The translations under genes were made by a program, and so were the position numbers. 64,000 nt of DNA, from the IMG/VR virus record IMGVR_UViG_3300032782_000005, positions 1 through 64,000 of that record; one strand, given 5' to 3'. The notes below the pieces were generated by a model, which was given only the letters and a program-made list of their open reading frames with translations, searched no databases and had not been told where the DNA came from. This DNA is from a virus. This document shows, piece by piece, positions 1 through 9,033 of the stretch; within the stretch, counting starts at the first letter, position 1, and every line of letters begins with the position of its first letter.

Positions 1-2
1 CG

Positions 3-230
3 GCCGGGGTCGGGGGAGGGTCGGCGGTCCAGCAGACGCGCGCCGTGGGTTCCGCACCTGCTTCCAGCGGATACAACCAGGGGCCGATCTCCGGCAGGCT
101 TCGCTTCGTCGGCAAAACCTCGCTTGGAAAATCTTCCTCCTCGTCCTCATCGTCCTCATCGTCCTCCGGCCCTTCGCCGGTTCAGCAGGTGACGGCCACG
201 ATCCGCTACTCCATCCTGGGGCTACGCTGA
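3..230 (+). CDS. 5'-truncated protein with poly-Ser linker (probable virion protein)
   Basis: Frame is open from the window edge; run of about 12 Ser; stop overlaps the next ATG (TGATG). Confidence 0.6.
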   Translation, partial: AGVGGGSAVQQTRAVGSAPASSGYNQGPISGRLRFVGKTSLGKSSSSSSSSSSSSGPSPVQQVTATIRYSILGLR

Positions 231-937
231 TGGGCGCCGCGATCCTGGGCACCGATTCGGAAGGTCCGGGTCCGGCGGTCCCCGCGACGGCTCCTTCTTC
301 ATTACTCACCGGCCTCATCGCATGGTGGGACTTGCACGAGGCGCAGGGGACGCCGCGCGACGACGATACGGGCCTGGCGCCAAGTCTTTTGGAGACTGGT
401 GGGCAGGTAGGTTCGGCTTCGGGCCTTCTCGGCAACGCGGCGCAATTCACAGGCGCGGGGACGAATTACCTGTCCGCGACATGGACGCCATCTCAGGCAT
501 CGGCGTTCTCTCTGTCTGCGTGGGTAAAGCCGGCCACCATACTCACGAATAACTACGTCCTGTCGATCACAAGCGCCAATGGTGCGACCATCTATGCAGG
601 TCTGGCCTACGCCCTCGCGTCTTCCAACGGCATTTTCAGGGTGTCGGGAGGGAATGTGGCCCCGGCCAACGGCATTTCCAGCGGCTGGAATCACATGGTC
701 GGGATATATGACGGCGTGAACGCCAAGTATTATTGGAACGGCGCTCTGCTGGCATCGGCGGCGAAGACCGGGGCCGACCTGAGCAACGCCGCGCTGGTTT
801 GCGTGGGGGCGCAGGGCTCCACGAGTGCATTGAGCGGCCTGGCGCAATTGTGCGGCGTCTGGAACCGCGCCCTGTCCGACGGCGAAATCGCTCAGTTGTA
901 TAACGGCGGCTACGGCGCTGATTACCCATTCATCTGA
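230..937 (+). CDS. LamG/concanavalin A-like lectin domain protein
   Basis: GLIAWWDL...FSLSAWVKP...WNHMVGIYDG...YWNG...VWNRALSDGEIAQLYN pattern. Confidence 0.85.
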   Translation: MGAAILGTDSEGPGPAVPATAPSSLLTGLIAWWDLHEAQGTPRDDDTGLAPSLLETGGQVGSASGLLGNAAQFTGAGTNYLSATWTPSQASAFSLSAWVKPATILTNNYVLSITSANGATIYAGLAYALASSNGIFRVSGGNVAPANGISSGWNHMVGIYDGVNAKYYWNGALLASAAKTGADLSNAALVCVGAQGSTSALSGLAQLCGVWNRALSDGEIAQLYNGGYGADYPFI

Positions 938-947
938 GAGGGCCGTC

Positions 948-1871
948 ATGAAGCCAAGATTGGAGCGGCTGGAAGACCGCACGACGCCATCGACGCTGGC
1001 CAATATCGGCGGCGTGCTGACGTATCAGGGAGCGATGGGCGAGGTCAACGCGGTGACGGAGAGTTACGCCGCCGGCCGATACACGATCAGCGACCAGGCC
1101 CCGCCCGGTGCACCGGCCAACCAGATCGAGACAACCTTGCCGGGCTGGACGGTGACGGACACGAGCCGCACTGTCGCGGTATTCCAGTTCGAGAACATCC
1201 CCGGCCAGCCGCAACCCGTCAGCGTCTTCGTGGGCTACTTCCAACAGATCACGTCAACGGCGACCGGCCCGCGAGACGGCTCTTTTGGCAGCATCCTGAT
1301 TCAGACGGCCGATCTGCCGGCGCAGGTGGGCCTGGGGAGCACGGTCAACGTCGAATCCGTCGCCGATCCGCTGACCGTTATCACTGGAGCCGGCGACGCG
1401 GATACGGTCAACGTCTGCTCGACGCCTGCGAACACCGGAAATCTCAACGGCATCCAAGCTCCGGTGAACGTCGTGAGCAATGGCTTTACCAGACTCACGA
1501 TTAGCAACTTCACCGGGACGGCCGGCGACGCCGACGTGATCGTCTCGCAGTATGCCGTCACGGGCTTCGGGGTGCACGCCCAGCCGATCTACTATTCCGG
1601 CCCGCTCAGTCTGCTCTACATCATCGGCAGCAACAGCCGGACGCTGCCGGAGAGTTTCCATATCGAGAGCCTGCCCCGGGCCACGTTCGCCCTGCACACG
1701 GGCAGCGGCGACGATTCGGTATGGATCGACTGCTTACCCTACGTTGGGTTTGGAGCCGAGGTCGTCGGCAGCACCATCGGCACGCACACGCTGCACGCCG
1801 CCTTCATTAACCCCGCGACGATGACGGCGAACGGGTTCCGGTACTTCTGGTTTCAGGATTTCGGAGATTGA
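948..1871 (+). CDS. Secreted/surface beta-rich protein with Planctomycete-type N-terminal motif
   Basis: Begins MKPRLERLEDRTTPS, like the Planctomycete extracellular LE-x-LEDR motif; GxGDD-type turns. Confidence 0.65.
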   Translation: MKPRLERLEDRTTPSTLANIGGVLTYQGAMGEVNAVTESYAAGRYTISDQAPPGAPANQIETTLPGWTVTDTSRTVAVFQFENIPGQPQPVSVFVGYFQQITSTATGPRDGSFGSILIQTADLPAQVGLGSTVNVESVADPLTVITGAGDADTVNVCSTPANTGNLNGIQAPVNVVSNGFTRLTISNFTGTAGDADVIVSQYAVTGFGVHAQPIYYSGPLSLLYIIGSNSRTLPESFHIESLPRATFALHTGSGDDSVWIDCLPYVGFGAEVVGSTIGTHTLHAAFINPATMTANGFRYFWFQDFGD

Positions 1872-1874
1872 GAC

Positions 1875-2018
1875 ATGCCGAAACAATACGAGGCGATCCG
1901 CGACAAGTTCATCAAGGAGGGCATGTCCACCAAGGAGGCCAAGACGCGAGCCGCCAAAATCTTCAACGCGAAGCGGAAGAAGGGCCAGAAGCCCGTCACG
2001 CGCAAGGAACACGAATAA
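1875..2018 (+). CDS. Small basic protein, 47 aa (not in ORF track)
   Basis: MPKQYEAIRDKFIKEGMSTKEAKTRAAKIFNAKRKK...; GGAG upstream. Confidence 0.65.
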   Translation: MPKQYEAIRDKFIKEGMSTKEAKTRAAKIFNAKRKKGQKPVTRKEHE

Positions 2019-2043
2019 AGTATAAGTGAGAGTTTACATTTTC

Positions 2044-2065
2044 CTACTGGAAATTTTACCAGTTG
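2044..2065. repeat. 22-bp palindrome copy 1 (2 mismatches)
   Basis: CTACTGGAAATTTTACCAGTTG; its last 3 nt are the TTG start of the next gene. Confidence 0.85.
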
Positions 2066-2950
2066 CCGCCAATCGTGCTAAACGTGATCCACACACGAGC
2101 CTCCCGAGCGGAGGTCGAGGCGGCGCTGCGCAATCTGCCCAGGCTGACCACAGGCTCGCCGGGAGGGGCTGGGGGGTTTGTCCGCGCGCTACAGGTCAGG
2201 ATCGGGCTGGCCCTCTTGCAGCACATCAAGGACGCCTTCATCGTCAAGGCCAGAGGTGGGACGGATGTGTGCGGGGACAAGTGGGCGCCTCTTTCCAAGC
2301 ACACGATTGCGTACTCGCGTTTACATCCCGACGCGAAGAAGGGAAACGTCGGGATGCGCCGGCACAAATTGCCCGGTGGAGGGACGATCGGTCACAACCC
2401 GGCGCGGCTAAAGGGACTGCTTCATCGCGTCGATTACCTTGGGCGCAAGAACCCCGGCCTGTCCGGTTATCACCCCTCGTGGGAACTGTCGCAAAAGAAC
2501 CGCGAGCGCTGGTGGGCGCTCTACCGGAAATTCAAGGCGAAGTATGGAGGGGATAAGCGAAGGGCCGCCGCCACGGCATGGGTCGTCCTCAAGACCGAGG
2601 GCAAAATCGACACGATCATGAGCAAGTTCGGCAACATGCAGGTAGATATCCTGCGTTCGACCGACCTCCTGTTTAACAGCCTCTCTCCCGGCGCCAAGGC
2701 CGACTCTGCCCCAATGTTCCCTCCCCACGTCGAGAAGCAGGTGTTCCGCAACGAGCCGGGCGACGTGATAGTCGGAACGAACCGGAAGTGGTCGTGGACG
2801 CATCATCACGGCGTCCCCGGCAAAATACCTCAGCGCCGTCTTTGGCCCGATCCCAGCCGTTGGACTGGAGAATGGTGGGCGTCCGTGATAGAACAGGCCC
2901 AGAAAGGCATTGCGGAAATCACGGCATACATCGTGGGGAGGATCAAGTGA
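2063..2950 (+). CDS. Phage virion morphogenesis / tail completion protein (Mu gpG-like)
   Basis: G.KWAPLS..T, IL.ST..L.NSL, VIVGTN.KW...HH.G...IPQR motifs. Confidence 0.7.
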   Translation: MPPIVLNVIHTRASRAEVEAALRNLPRLTTGSPGGAGGFVRALQVRIGLALLQHIKDAFIVKARGGTDVCGDKWAPLSKHTIAYSRLHPDAKKGNVGMRRHKLPGGGTIGHNPARLKGLLHRVDYLGRKNPGLSGYHPSWELSQKNRERWWALYRKFKAKYGGDKRRAAATAWVVLKTEGKIDTIMSKFGNMQVDILRSTDLLFNSLSPGAKADSAPMFPPHVEKQVFRNEPGDVIVGTNRKWSWTHHHGVPGKIPQRRLWPDPSRWTGEWWASVIEQAQKGIAEITAYIVGRIK

Positions 2951-3357
2951 GCGCAGCCAACGGCGAGCGGATTCTGGACGTGGGGAGACAGGGCCGGATC
3001 AAGGTCCACTTCGGCGACGACACGGACCCCACCTTCTACATCGACGCCATCGAGGTCTACAACTCGTTCGCGGAGATGGACATGCAGTTCCGCGACGAGA
3101 AGGGAGAGTTTGACAAGACGAAGACGGCCGACTGGAACAAGGCGTGCTGGGGGTTCGTTCAACAGGTGGTTCTGGACCATCTGGCCGACCAGAAGGCCGC
3201 CGAGAAGATCAACGCCGGCATGTCCCTCACCGACGCCCGCCGGTTCCTCAAGCTGTTGCAGGAGGAGGCTAACAGGCTGATCCCTTTTTTCAGGCTCGAC
3301 TCGGCCGAAAGGCGGTCCTCGCCCGAGAGTTCGCCGACAGTCGCCTACTCCGAGTAG
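2947..3357 (+). CDS. Probable tail assembly chaperone (G-like)
   Basis: GTG start overlaps upstream stop; slippery CCCTTTTTTC near the 3' end. Confidence 0.6.
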   Translation: MSAANGERILDVGRQGRIKVHFGDDTDPTFYIDAIEVYNSFAEMDMQFRDEKGEFDKTKTADWNKACWGFVQQVVLDHLADQKAAEKINAGMSLTDARRFLKLLQEEANRLIPFFRLDSAERRSSPESSPTVAYSE

Positions 3358-3566
3358 ACGCCTTCACGGAGCAGGTGCTGTTCGCGGCGCTCCATCAGGC
3401 GCGAGCGTGGGAAAGACTTCACGACCCCGCGACGATGGGGGCCTACGGGATGAGGAAGGACGCCGTTCTGGAACTTGCGAAGCAGGCTGGCCACACCGAG
3501 GCCGAGGCCCAGAAGATCGCTTCCGACTGGGCGTGGAAGCGGAGCGAGTTGGAGATGCCGCACTGA
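3282..3566 (+). other. -1 programmed frameshift site and extended (GT-like) reading frame
   Basis: In-frame C CCT TTT TTC; -1 frame open from 3288 to TGA at 3566, in frame with ORF 3375..3566. Confidence 0.65.
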
Positions 3567-3862
3567 TGCAGGACGCGAGGATCGGGACGTTCGACGGCCT
3601 CGATAACCGACGCTGGCTCATGGAACAACTGGACGCTCTTGGCCACGGACTTGACGAACGCCGGGCCGGCATGAGGCGAGCTGAGTTCCTGCGGTCGCTC
3701 ATGCCTGTCGCTCATCCTGCATGGCAAGGCCGGCCTGTGAAGATCACGCCCTGCGCGACGGTGGAGGCGTACCACCTTCTGATTGCGATGGTCTCCGGCC
3801 TGGGCGTCATGATGGAGACGGCGGCCAGAAGGCTGGAGGAAGCGGTGAGGGCGCAGCGATGA
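3566..3862 (+). CDS. Hypothetical protein
   Basis: TGATG coupling to the upstream frame. Confidence 0.6.
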   Translation: MQDARIGTFDGLDNRRWLMEQLDALGHGLDERRAGMRRAEFLRSLMPVAHPAWQGRPVKITPCATVEAYHLLIAMVSGLGVMMETAARRLEEAVRAQR

Positions 3863-4050
3863 AGGACGACGACTTCGATGTCTGTATCTTCTGCTGGCGG
3901 CCTCGCCATGCCGAGGTCACGCACAGTTCGCTCGACCGGCCCGTCCCCGTCTGCGGTCATCACGCCCGGATGGTCGTGAGGCATGAGATCACGGCCGAGG
4001 AGCTTCGGGAGCGTCTGAAGGAGTTGAGGGAGATGATGGTGCTGACATGA
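3859..4050 (+). CDS. Small Cys/His protein
   Basis: ATGA coupling; CxxC...CxxH. Confidence 0.55.
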   Translation: MKDDDFDVCIFCWRPRHAEVTHSSLDRPVPVCGHHARMVVRHEITAEELRERLKELREMMVLT

Positions 4051-4433
4051 AACGAAGAAGCTTTTTCGCGTCCTTGCTCGGCCTCTTGGGCGTCGGCGGC
4101 GTCGCCAAATCTGAGGCGTGGAGAATGCCTTCCCATCAGTACGCACCGACGATGCCGGTCTGGTCCTTGGAGCCGATGCCCGTGAAGGTCGTCTGTCTGG
4201 AAGCGTCCTCTTGGCGTTACTGGTTCGGGACAAGGGAGGACGGAATCCAGCACGCTACCGGCTATTTCGTCGTTATCCCGTGCTACAGAATGTTGAAAGA
4301 GGAGGAGATGGGAGACGCGCTGCCGTGGCCTCCGGTAAAAGAAAGATGGTTCAGAAAGCGGAGGACGCTCAAAGCGACTGCCAATCTCGGCATCTATAAA
4401 TACACGGTGACTGATGTGCCAGCGCCGACATAA
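4047..4433 (+). CDS. Hypothetical protein with twin-arginine-like signal
   Basis: MKRRSFFASLLGLLG. Confidence 0.6.
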   Translation: MKRRSFFASLLGLLGVGGVAKSEAWRMPSHQYAPTMPVWSLEPMPVKVVCLEASSWRYWFGTREDGIQHATGYFVVIPCYRMLKEEEMGDALPWPPVKERWFRKRRTLKATANLGIYKYTVTDVPAPT

Positions 4434-4473
4434 AAAAAGAGCCCGCGACGGTCGCCCATCCGTCGCGGGACTC
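4432..4473 (-). terminator. Rho-independent terminator for the minus-strand nuclease gene
   Basis: Stem CCCGCGACGG/CCGTCGCGGG followed by T7 on the minus strand. Confidence 0.75.
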
Positions 4474-4537
4474 AGAAGGTAGAGGGCGGGACGGCTCTCA
4501 AACCTCACCCGTAATCTAAGGTGCGGCGCGTGCCGCG

Positions 4538-5110
4538 TCAATGGGTGAGCGGCGTGTAGCGGCGAGTCGTCATGACGCCAATGGCTTGATAGATATCGGG
4601 ATGGCTGCGAGCCATTCGCTCATATTCGCGTTTTAGTTTCGCTGTGGAGGCGACAGGCCGAACCTGAAGGATTTCGCTGACAAGCCAGCGCTCGATGTCG
4701 CGGAAGTCGCCATTGAGAACGGCATCGTTGGTGAGGCGCGAAGTTGTGACTTTCCAGGCGGTGATGAGTTCCGACCGCCAGCGGTCCTTCTCCTTCGCCA
4801 TACCGCCAGAATGCGATGGGCCGTCGATCTCTACAAGAAGACGGGCGTTGCGGAAGTAAAAGTCTCCGAAGAACACGACGCTGGGGGCGACCTTGAAATA
4901 TTTCTGCCGTGTATATTGCAACGGCGAGGCGCAGCACCTTGGAAGACGCGACCGCATCTTGTCCACGATGCGGCAGAAGGCTCGCTCGGCGGGCGGGAAC
5001 GCCTTGAGCAGTTTCCGCTGGGTCTGAGCGATCCAATCAGAGAAGGCTTGCGTGATCGGCTCGCCGGTTTTAGCGAGTAGCCAAGAGGGGAGGGAAATGA
5101 CTTCGGCCAT
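4538..5110 (-). CDS. DUF559/Vsr-like PD-(D/E)xK endonuclease
   Basis: RQ..F....FFGDFY....LLVEIDGPSH......D..R...I......R.TN..V. Confidence 0.8.
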   Translation of the reverse strand: MAEVISLPSWLLAKTGEPITQAFSDWIAQTQRKLLKAFPPAERAFCRIVDKMRSRLPRCCASPLQYTRQKYFKVAPSVVFFGDFYFRNARLLVEIDGPSHSGGMAKEKDRWRSELITAWKVTTSRLTNDAVLNGDFRDIERWLVSEILQVRPVASTAKLKREYERMARSHPDIYQAIGVMTTRRYTPLTH

Positions 5111-5151
5111 GTTTGCTCCGGATCGACGACCGGGGACGAATGGGCTGAGTC

Positions 5152-5160
5152 ATTATAGCA
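5152..5160 (-). promoter_or_regulatory. Extended -10 promoter
   Basis: TGCTATAAT on the minus strand, about 40 nt upstream of ATG 5110. Confidence 0.65.
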
Positions 5161-5216
5161 CGACGGGCTGAGGATGCCGGTAGGAATGCCCGCATCGTGC
5201 GCCGAGAGGTAGGAAC

Positions 5217-5402
5217 ATGGAAATCAAGATTGGCTCTGTCGTGAAATGCCATTTGCCCGGCAGTTGGGTGGATGGCTTGACCTTCACGGTCGAGGCGCTG
5301 AACGTCACCGCCTCCGACGGCGTGTTTGGCCATCGGCTGCGAGGCAATGGAGGCGTCACCGTAGTCGAGCCGGAGTTTCTTGAGTTGGTCAAAGCGGCAT
5401 GA
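5217..5402 (+). CDS. Small hypothetical protein
   Basis: GAGGTAGGA RBS; coupled to the next gene. Confidence 0.55.
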   Translation: MEIKIGSVVKCHLPGSWVDGLTFTVEALNVTASDGVFGHRLRGNGGVTVVEPEFLELVKAA

Positions 5403-5977
5403 TCGACGCCTTGCTCTACGCCGTCCGCGACGCCTGCCGCAGCCGCAAGGGCTACATGGACGCGGCCCATTGCGAGATCGTCGCCGACCAGGACGGCCAG
5501 CCGCCGGCGCGGTGCGGGGACTGGTTCCTGGCGATCCACCAGGGGGCCTACCGCAGCGTCATGGACAACGCCCTGGACGAATACTTCGGCTTCAACGTCA
5601 CGCTGACGATGCGGTCGGACGTTCCGGTGGACAGGATGGGGGATCAACTGCTGGCCAAGAAGATCGCCGCGGCGCCGGGTCCTGGAGGCTCGCCGAGTTT
5701 CAATCAGCGGGCCAACTTCCTTGGGGCCTACCTGCACATGAACTGGTCGGTAATCGGGAACGCGAACAACTACCTGATTCAGTTGCTCCCCGAGGCCGAG
5801 ACGGTGTACGGGTTTAGCGAGCCGGGACGGTTCAAAGGAATGGAAGTCCCGATGTTCGTCGGTGGCGTGTGGTTTGCCAGCGAACCGGGCGGCGACGAGG
5901 ACGTTCTTGGCCTCAAGGCCACGCTGAGGTTCGAGGACTGCCGGAGGGGGCCGCAGGCGATTGCGGCTTTTTCGTGA
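5399..5977 (+). CDS. Putative tail terminator / tail completion protein
   Basis: Size, alpha/beta pattern and position before the tail tube; no diagnostic motif. Confidence 0.4.
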   Translation: MIDALLYAVRDACRSRKGYMDAAHCEIVADQDGQPPARCGDWFLAIHQGAYRSVMDNALDEYFGFNVTLTMRSDVPVDRMGDQLLAKKIAAAPGPGGSPSFNQRANFLGAYLHMNWSVIGNANNYLIQLLPEAETVYGFSEPGRFKGMEVPMFVGGVWFASEPGGDEDVLGLKATLRFEDCRRGPQAIAAFS

Positions 5978-6189
5978 TGCAGGTCATGGTCCAGGCGGAC
6001 GGCTCGACGATGATCCTCGTCCACTGGGCCTACCTCGATGAACGCTGGCGGATCGCGTGTGCGCCGCACGTCGATCCGAACGGGAACTGGCAGAGGACGG
6101 ACGACCCGAGGGCGGCGAATTGCCCTTACTGCCGCGCGACGGACAGGTGGAAGGCGTCGCCACAGATGAAGCTTCCGTGGGAGAAGTGA
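5977..6189 (+). CDS. Small putative Zn-binding protein (paralog A)
   Basis: VHW...IAC...TDDPRAANCPYCRAT. Confidence 0.6.
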   Translation: MQVMVQADGSTMILVHWAYLDERWRIACAPHVDPNGNWQRTDDPRAANCPYCRATDRWKASPQMKLPWEK

Positions 6190-6548
6190 TGCAGCCGCAG
6201 GTCGTAATCAGGATGCTTCGGGACGCCGACGGGCAACTGCGTCGCGTCCGCATCCACTGGTTCGTCCGCTCGGTCGAGGGGCCTGCCAAGACGCCGGGTC
6301 CTGGCAACTCGCCCGAGGCGTTGGCCGCCTATCCCGGTGGACATCCCCACCTTCCCGGCGCGCGAGGCCACATCGCCTGCCAGAAGGCGCGAACGAGCGT
6401 CGAGCCTGAGTTGCGGAATGGCGTGTGGCATCCGTGCCCGCACAGCGACGATCCTCGCGCCGTCAGTTGCCCGGAGTGTCAGGCGACGCCCGAATTCAAA
6501 ACCATGATGAAGCGTCTGGAAGAACTCGTACCGACGCCTACGGCGTAA
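6189..6548 (+). CDS. Putative Zn-binding protein (paralog B)
   Basis: IHW...IAC...SDDPRAVSCPECQAT. Confidence 0.6.
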   Translation: MQPQVVIRMLRDADGQLRRVRIHWFVRSVEGPAKTPGPGNSPEALAAYPGGHPHLPGARGHIACQKARTSVEPELRNGVWHPCPHSDDPRAVSCPECQATPEFKTMMKRLEELVPTPTA

Positions 6549-6554
6549 AGAAGC

Positions 6555-6619
6555 GAGCGGCAAGCGGGGGCTCAATCCCGCCGGCCGCTCTGACACACCA
6601 ACCTGATGAGGAGGCTGGA
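6555..6619 (+). promoter_or_regulatory. Two-hairpin leader of endonuclease gene 1
   Basis: GAGCGGC..GCCGCTC stem, TGACACA linker, CCAACCT/AGGCTGG stem over the SD, 1 nt, ATG. Confidence 0.6.
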
Positions 6620-7120
6620 ATGCCTAAGAGCGATCCTACGCGACGTGGCACGTTCTGCGGCCTGAAAAACAGGCGGCGCTGCGGCCGATGCAAGAAGGTG
6701 AAGCATTATTCGCAGTTCCACAAGAACAGGGCCAAGAGAGGAGGCATCGGCGGCTATTGCAAGAAGTGCCGCAAGGAAAGATATCAGGAGACAGAAAAGG
6801 GCGCTGGATACGAACAGAGGCGGCGCCATTACTACGAAACGGCCCGATGGAAAAGCCTGCTTTTGCAATATGGAGTTACGCAGGAGCAATATGAGGAGAT
6901 GCACCAGGCTCAAAATGGCCTGTGCGCAATCTGCGGCAAGCCGGAAACGTATCAGTGGAGAGGGACGGTTCGCAGGCTCGCCGTAGATCATGACCACAAG
7001 ACGGGAGCAGCGCGTGGCTTGCTCTGCACGTCCTGTAATCGAGGCATCGGCAACTTGGGAGACGATCCCGAAATGCTGAAGAAAGCGATCGAGTACCTGC
7101 TCTCTTACCAGACGGAGTGA
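6620..7120 (+). CDS. Endonuclease VII-family (HNH-like) free-standing homing endonuclease
   Basis: CxxC...CKKC N-terminus; YG.T...Y..M...Q.G.CAICG...LAVDHDHKTG..RGLLC..CN.GIG. Confidence 0.9.
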   Translation: MPKSDPTRRGTFCGLKNRRRCGRCKKVKHYSQFHKNRAKRGGIGGYCKKCRKERYQETEKGAGYEQRRRHYYETARWKSLLLQYGVTQEQYEEMHQAQNGLCAICGKPETYQWRGTVRRLAVDHDHKTGAARGLLCTSCNRGIGNLGDDPEMLKKAIEYLLSYQTE

Positions 7121-7125
7121 TCCCG

Positions 7126-7665
7126 ATGGCTGCAGCCCTAGTATTGCCCAATTCGGGTCCGTATACGGGCACATGGAACGCCCTCGTTTTGGGAACCCTC
7201 AGCGATGATGGGTACTCGATCTCAGCAACGCCACAAGGACAAGAGATAAATGAGACAGATAGTTATGGCCTAACTCTCGTAGAGGCCATCTATCGTGGAA
7301 TCAATTGGCGCGCTCGCTTCCGCGGCCTCGAATTCAAGTCGGGCCTTCTTGGCGCTCTCCTCGCGTTCGGTTCCACTGCCGCGCAACCAGGCGGCGCCGG
7401 TTTCGGCACTCTGAACCCGACCCTCGCCAACATCGGCGACCGCTGGAGCAAGTACGGCGCGGCGCTGGTGCTGACCGCGATCCTCGCCAACCCCCCGACC
7501 TCTCCTCAGTCGTTGACGGCCTCGACGGCGATTCTCGCGCCGGGCCAGAACACGGAGATGATGTTCACGTCGAAGGTGAAGGAAGTGCCGATTGAGATGG
7601 TGCTTCTCCCCTATGCCTTCGTCATCAACAGCGTCACATATAACCTTCCGTTTTCGGTCACTTAG
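7126..7665 (+). CDS. Probable tail tube (major tail) protein
   Basis: About 180 aa, beta-rich; LGTLSDDGY..S...Q.I..D.YG pattern; precedes the tape-measure-like gene. Confidence 0.55.
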   Translation: MAAALVLPNSGPYTGTWNALVLGTLSDDGYSISATPQGQEINETDSYGLTLVEAIYRGINWRARFRGLEFKSGLLGALLAFGSTAAQPGGAGFGTLNPTLANIGDRWSKYGAALVLTAILANPPTSPQSLTASTAILAPGQNTEMMFTSKVKEVPIEMVLLPYAFVINSVTYNLPFSVT

Positions 7666-7677
7666 AGGATATTAAAG

Positions 7678-9024
7678 GTGGCCGAAGAAGCGGTGATTCG
7701 CATCCGTTTCGAGGGCGACGGCGGCGCACAGACGACCGCCGTTTCCGTCCCGCGTCCGACCACGCAGGTTCCCCCTCCTCCACCGCTGCCTCCTACCGGA
7801 ACTCCACCCGCCGCTCCTGCTGGCGCGCCGACAACACTTCCAAACGTCGGCGCGATGCCCAAGCTTCCAGACATGGTTCGGGAACTGGACCAGTTCTGGA
7901 AAGAGTTGGCGGAACTCAACGCCGCGATGGACCCGGACATCGTGCGGCAGCGCGTCGAGCAGGAGTTGGCGCTGGCCGACGCGCGCAGGGAATTGAACCG
8001 CGTCATGGAGGAAGAGAGGGAGTACCAAAGACCGACGGCGATCCCTGTGCCGGAACCGGCCGGCGAACAAAAATCGGGCCTGGATCGGTTCCTCGACATG
8101 CTTGGGAGTTTCCGGGGAACCATCGGGGCCAGACTCGGACCCACCGCAGGAGGCGGACTAGATATCCTTCAGGCTTTGCGCGGCATGAAGGGACTTGGGG
8201 GCCAAGCCGAGGCCGGCGAAGGCGCTGAGATGGGCGGCGAAGCGGCCGGAGTGGAAGCCGGCGCGGCCGGTGGCCCAATCGGCATTCTCGTCGCACTTGC
8301 CGCGATGGAGGTCGCCAAGGCGGAAAAGGATTTGGCCGAGGCCACGGCGGACGCAAGCAATGGCCTTCAGCAGTTCGCCGCCGTTGCCATGTCCGCAAGC
8401 GCTGATGTAGGAGCGACCTTGCAGGGATTGGGTGGAGGCGTCGCGTCGATGGGCGAGGCCGTGGAGAAAACCTCCTCATCGCTTAACCTTCTCGACCCTC
8501 TTCTGGGGATGCTGGCGGATAAGTTGGGCGCCGGCGTCAAGATATTCGGGCAAGTCCTCGAAGTGCTGGGGAACTTCACGCAGGCGATAGACCAGATCGC
8601 CGACCGCTACTCCGCTTACTCCCCGGAGATCAGCGTGGCCCAGGCTCTCGCCGACGTTTCCCAGACGCTTGGAGACCTGCGCCGCGCTCAGGAGATTGGC
8701 CCGGAGATGGCGCAATTCATCAACGAGGAATCGAAACTGCGACAACAGTTCGAGAACGAGAAGATAAAGATTCTCCGCGCCATTCTTCCGTTCGCCACGG
8801 ACGCCATGCGCCTCCTCAACGACCTGATGCCGTTTCTTGACATGGGCTTCAAGCCAATCCTCGCTCTGCTCGACGCCATCCATCAATTCATGGTTGCGCG
8901 TGGATGGGCACAAGCGAATCAGCCAGACACCGACTTCGACCTGCCGGGCCTCGATATCATGAACATGGGCGCAGGAGCCCTTCGTGGGAACCGCGAAGGC
9001 GTCAACGTCTCGCCGGTCGAATAG
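7678..9024 (+). CDS. Tape-measure-like protein (short, 448 aa)
   Basis: N-terminal VIRIRFEGD strand, then long Ala/Gly-rich amphipathic helices. Confidence 0.55.
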   Translation: MAEEAVIRIRFEGDGGAQTTAVSVPRPTTQVPPPPPLPPTGTPPAAPAGAPTTLPNVGAMPKLPDMVRELDQFWKELAELNAAMDPDIVRQRVEQELALADARRELNRVMEEEREYQRPTAIPVPEPAGEQKSGLDRFLDMLGSFRGTIGARLGPTAGGGLDILQALRGMKGLGGQAEAGEGAEMGGEAAGVEAGAAGGPIGILVALAAMEVAKAEKDLAEATADASNGLQQFAAVAMSASADVGATLQGLGGGVASMGEAVEKTSSSLNLLDPLLGMLADKLGAGVKIFGQVLEVLGNFTQAIDQIADRYSAYSPEISVAQALADVSQTLGDLRRAQEIGPEMAQFINEESKLRQQFENEKIKILRAILPFATDAMRLLNDLMPFLDMGFKPILALLDAIHQFMVARGWAQANQPDTDFDLPGLDIMNMGAGALRGNREGVNVSPVE

Positions 9025-9033
9025 GAGGGCTCC

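Noticed and set aside
6548-7125. Group I intron or intein around the endonuclease genes
   Set aside because: Flanking genes appear complete and no intron core or intein termini were seen; treated as free-standing.
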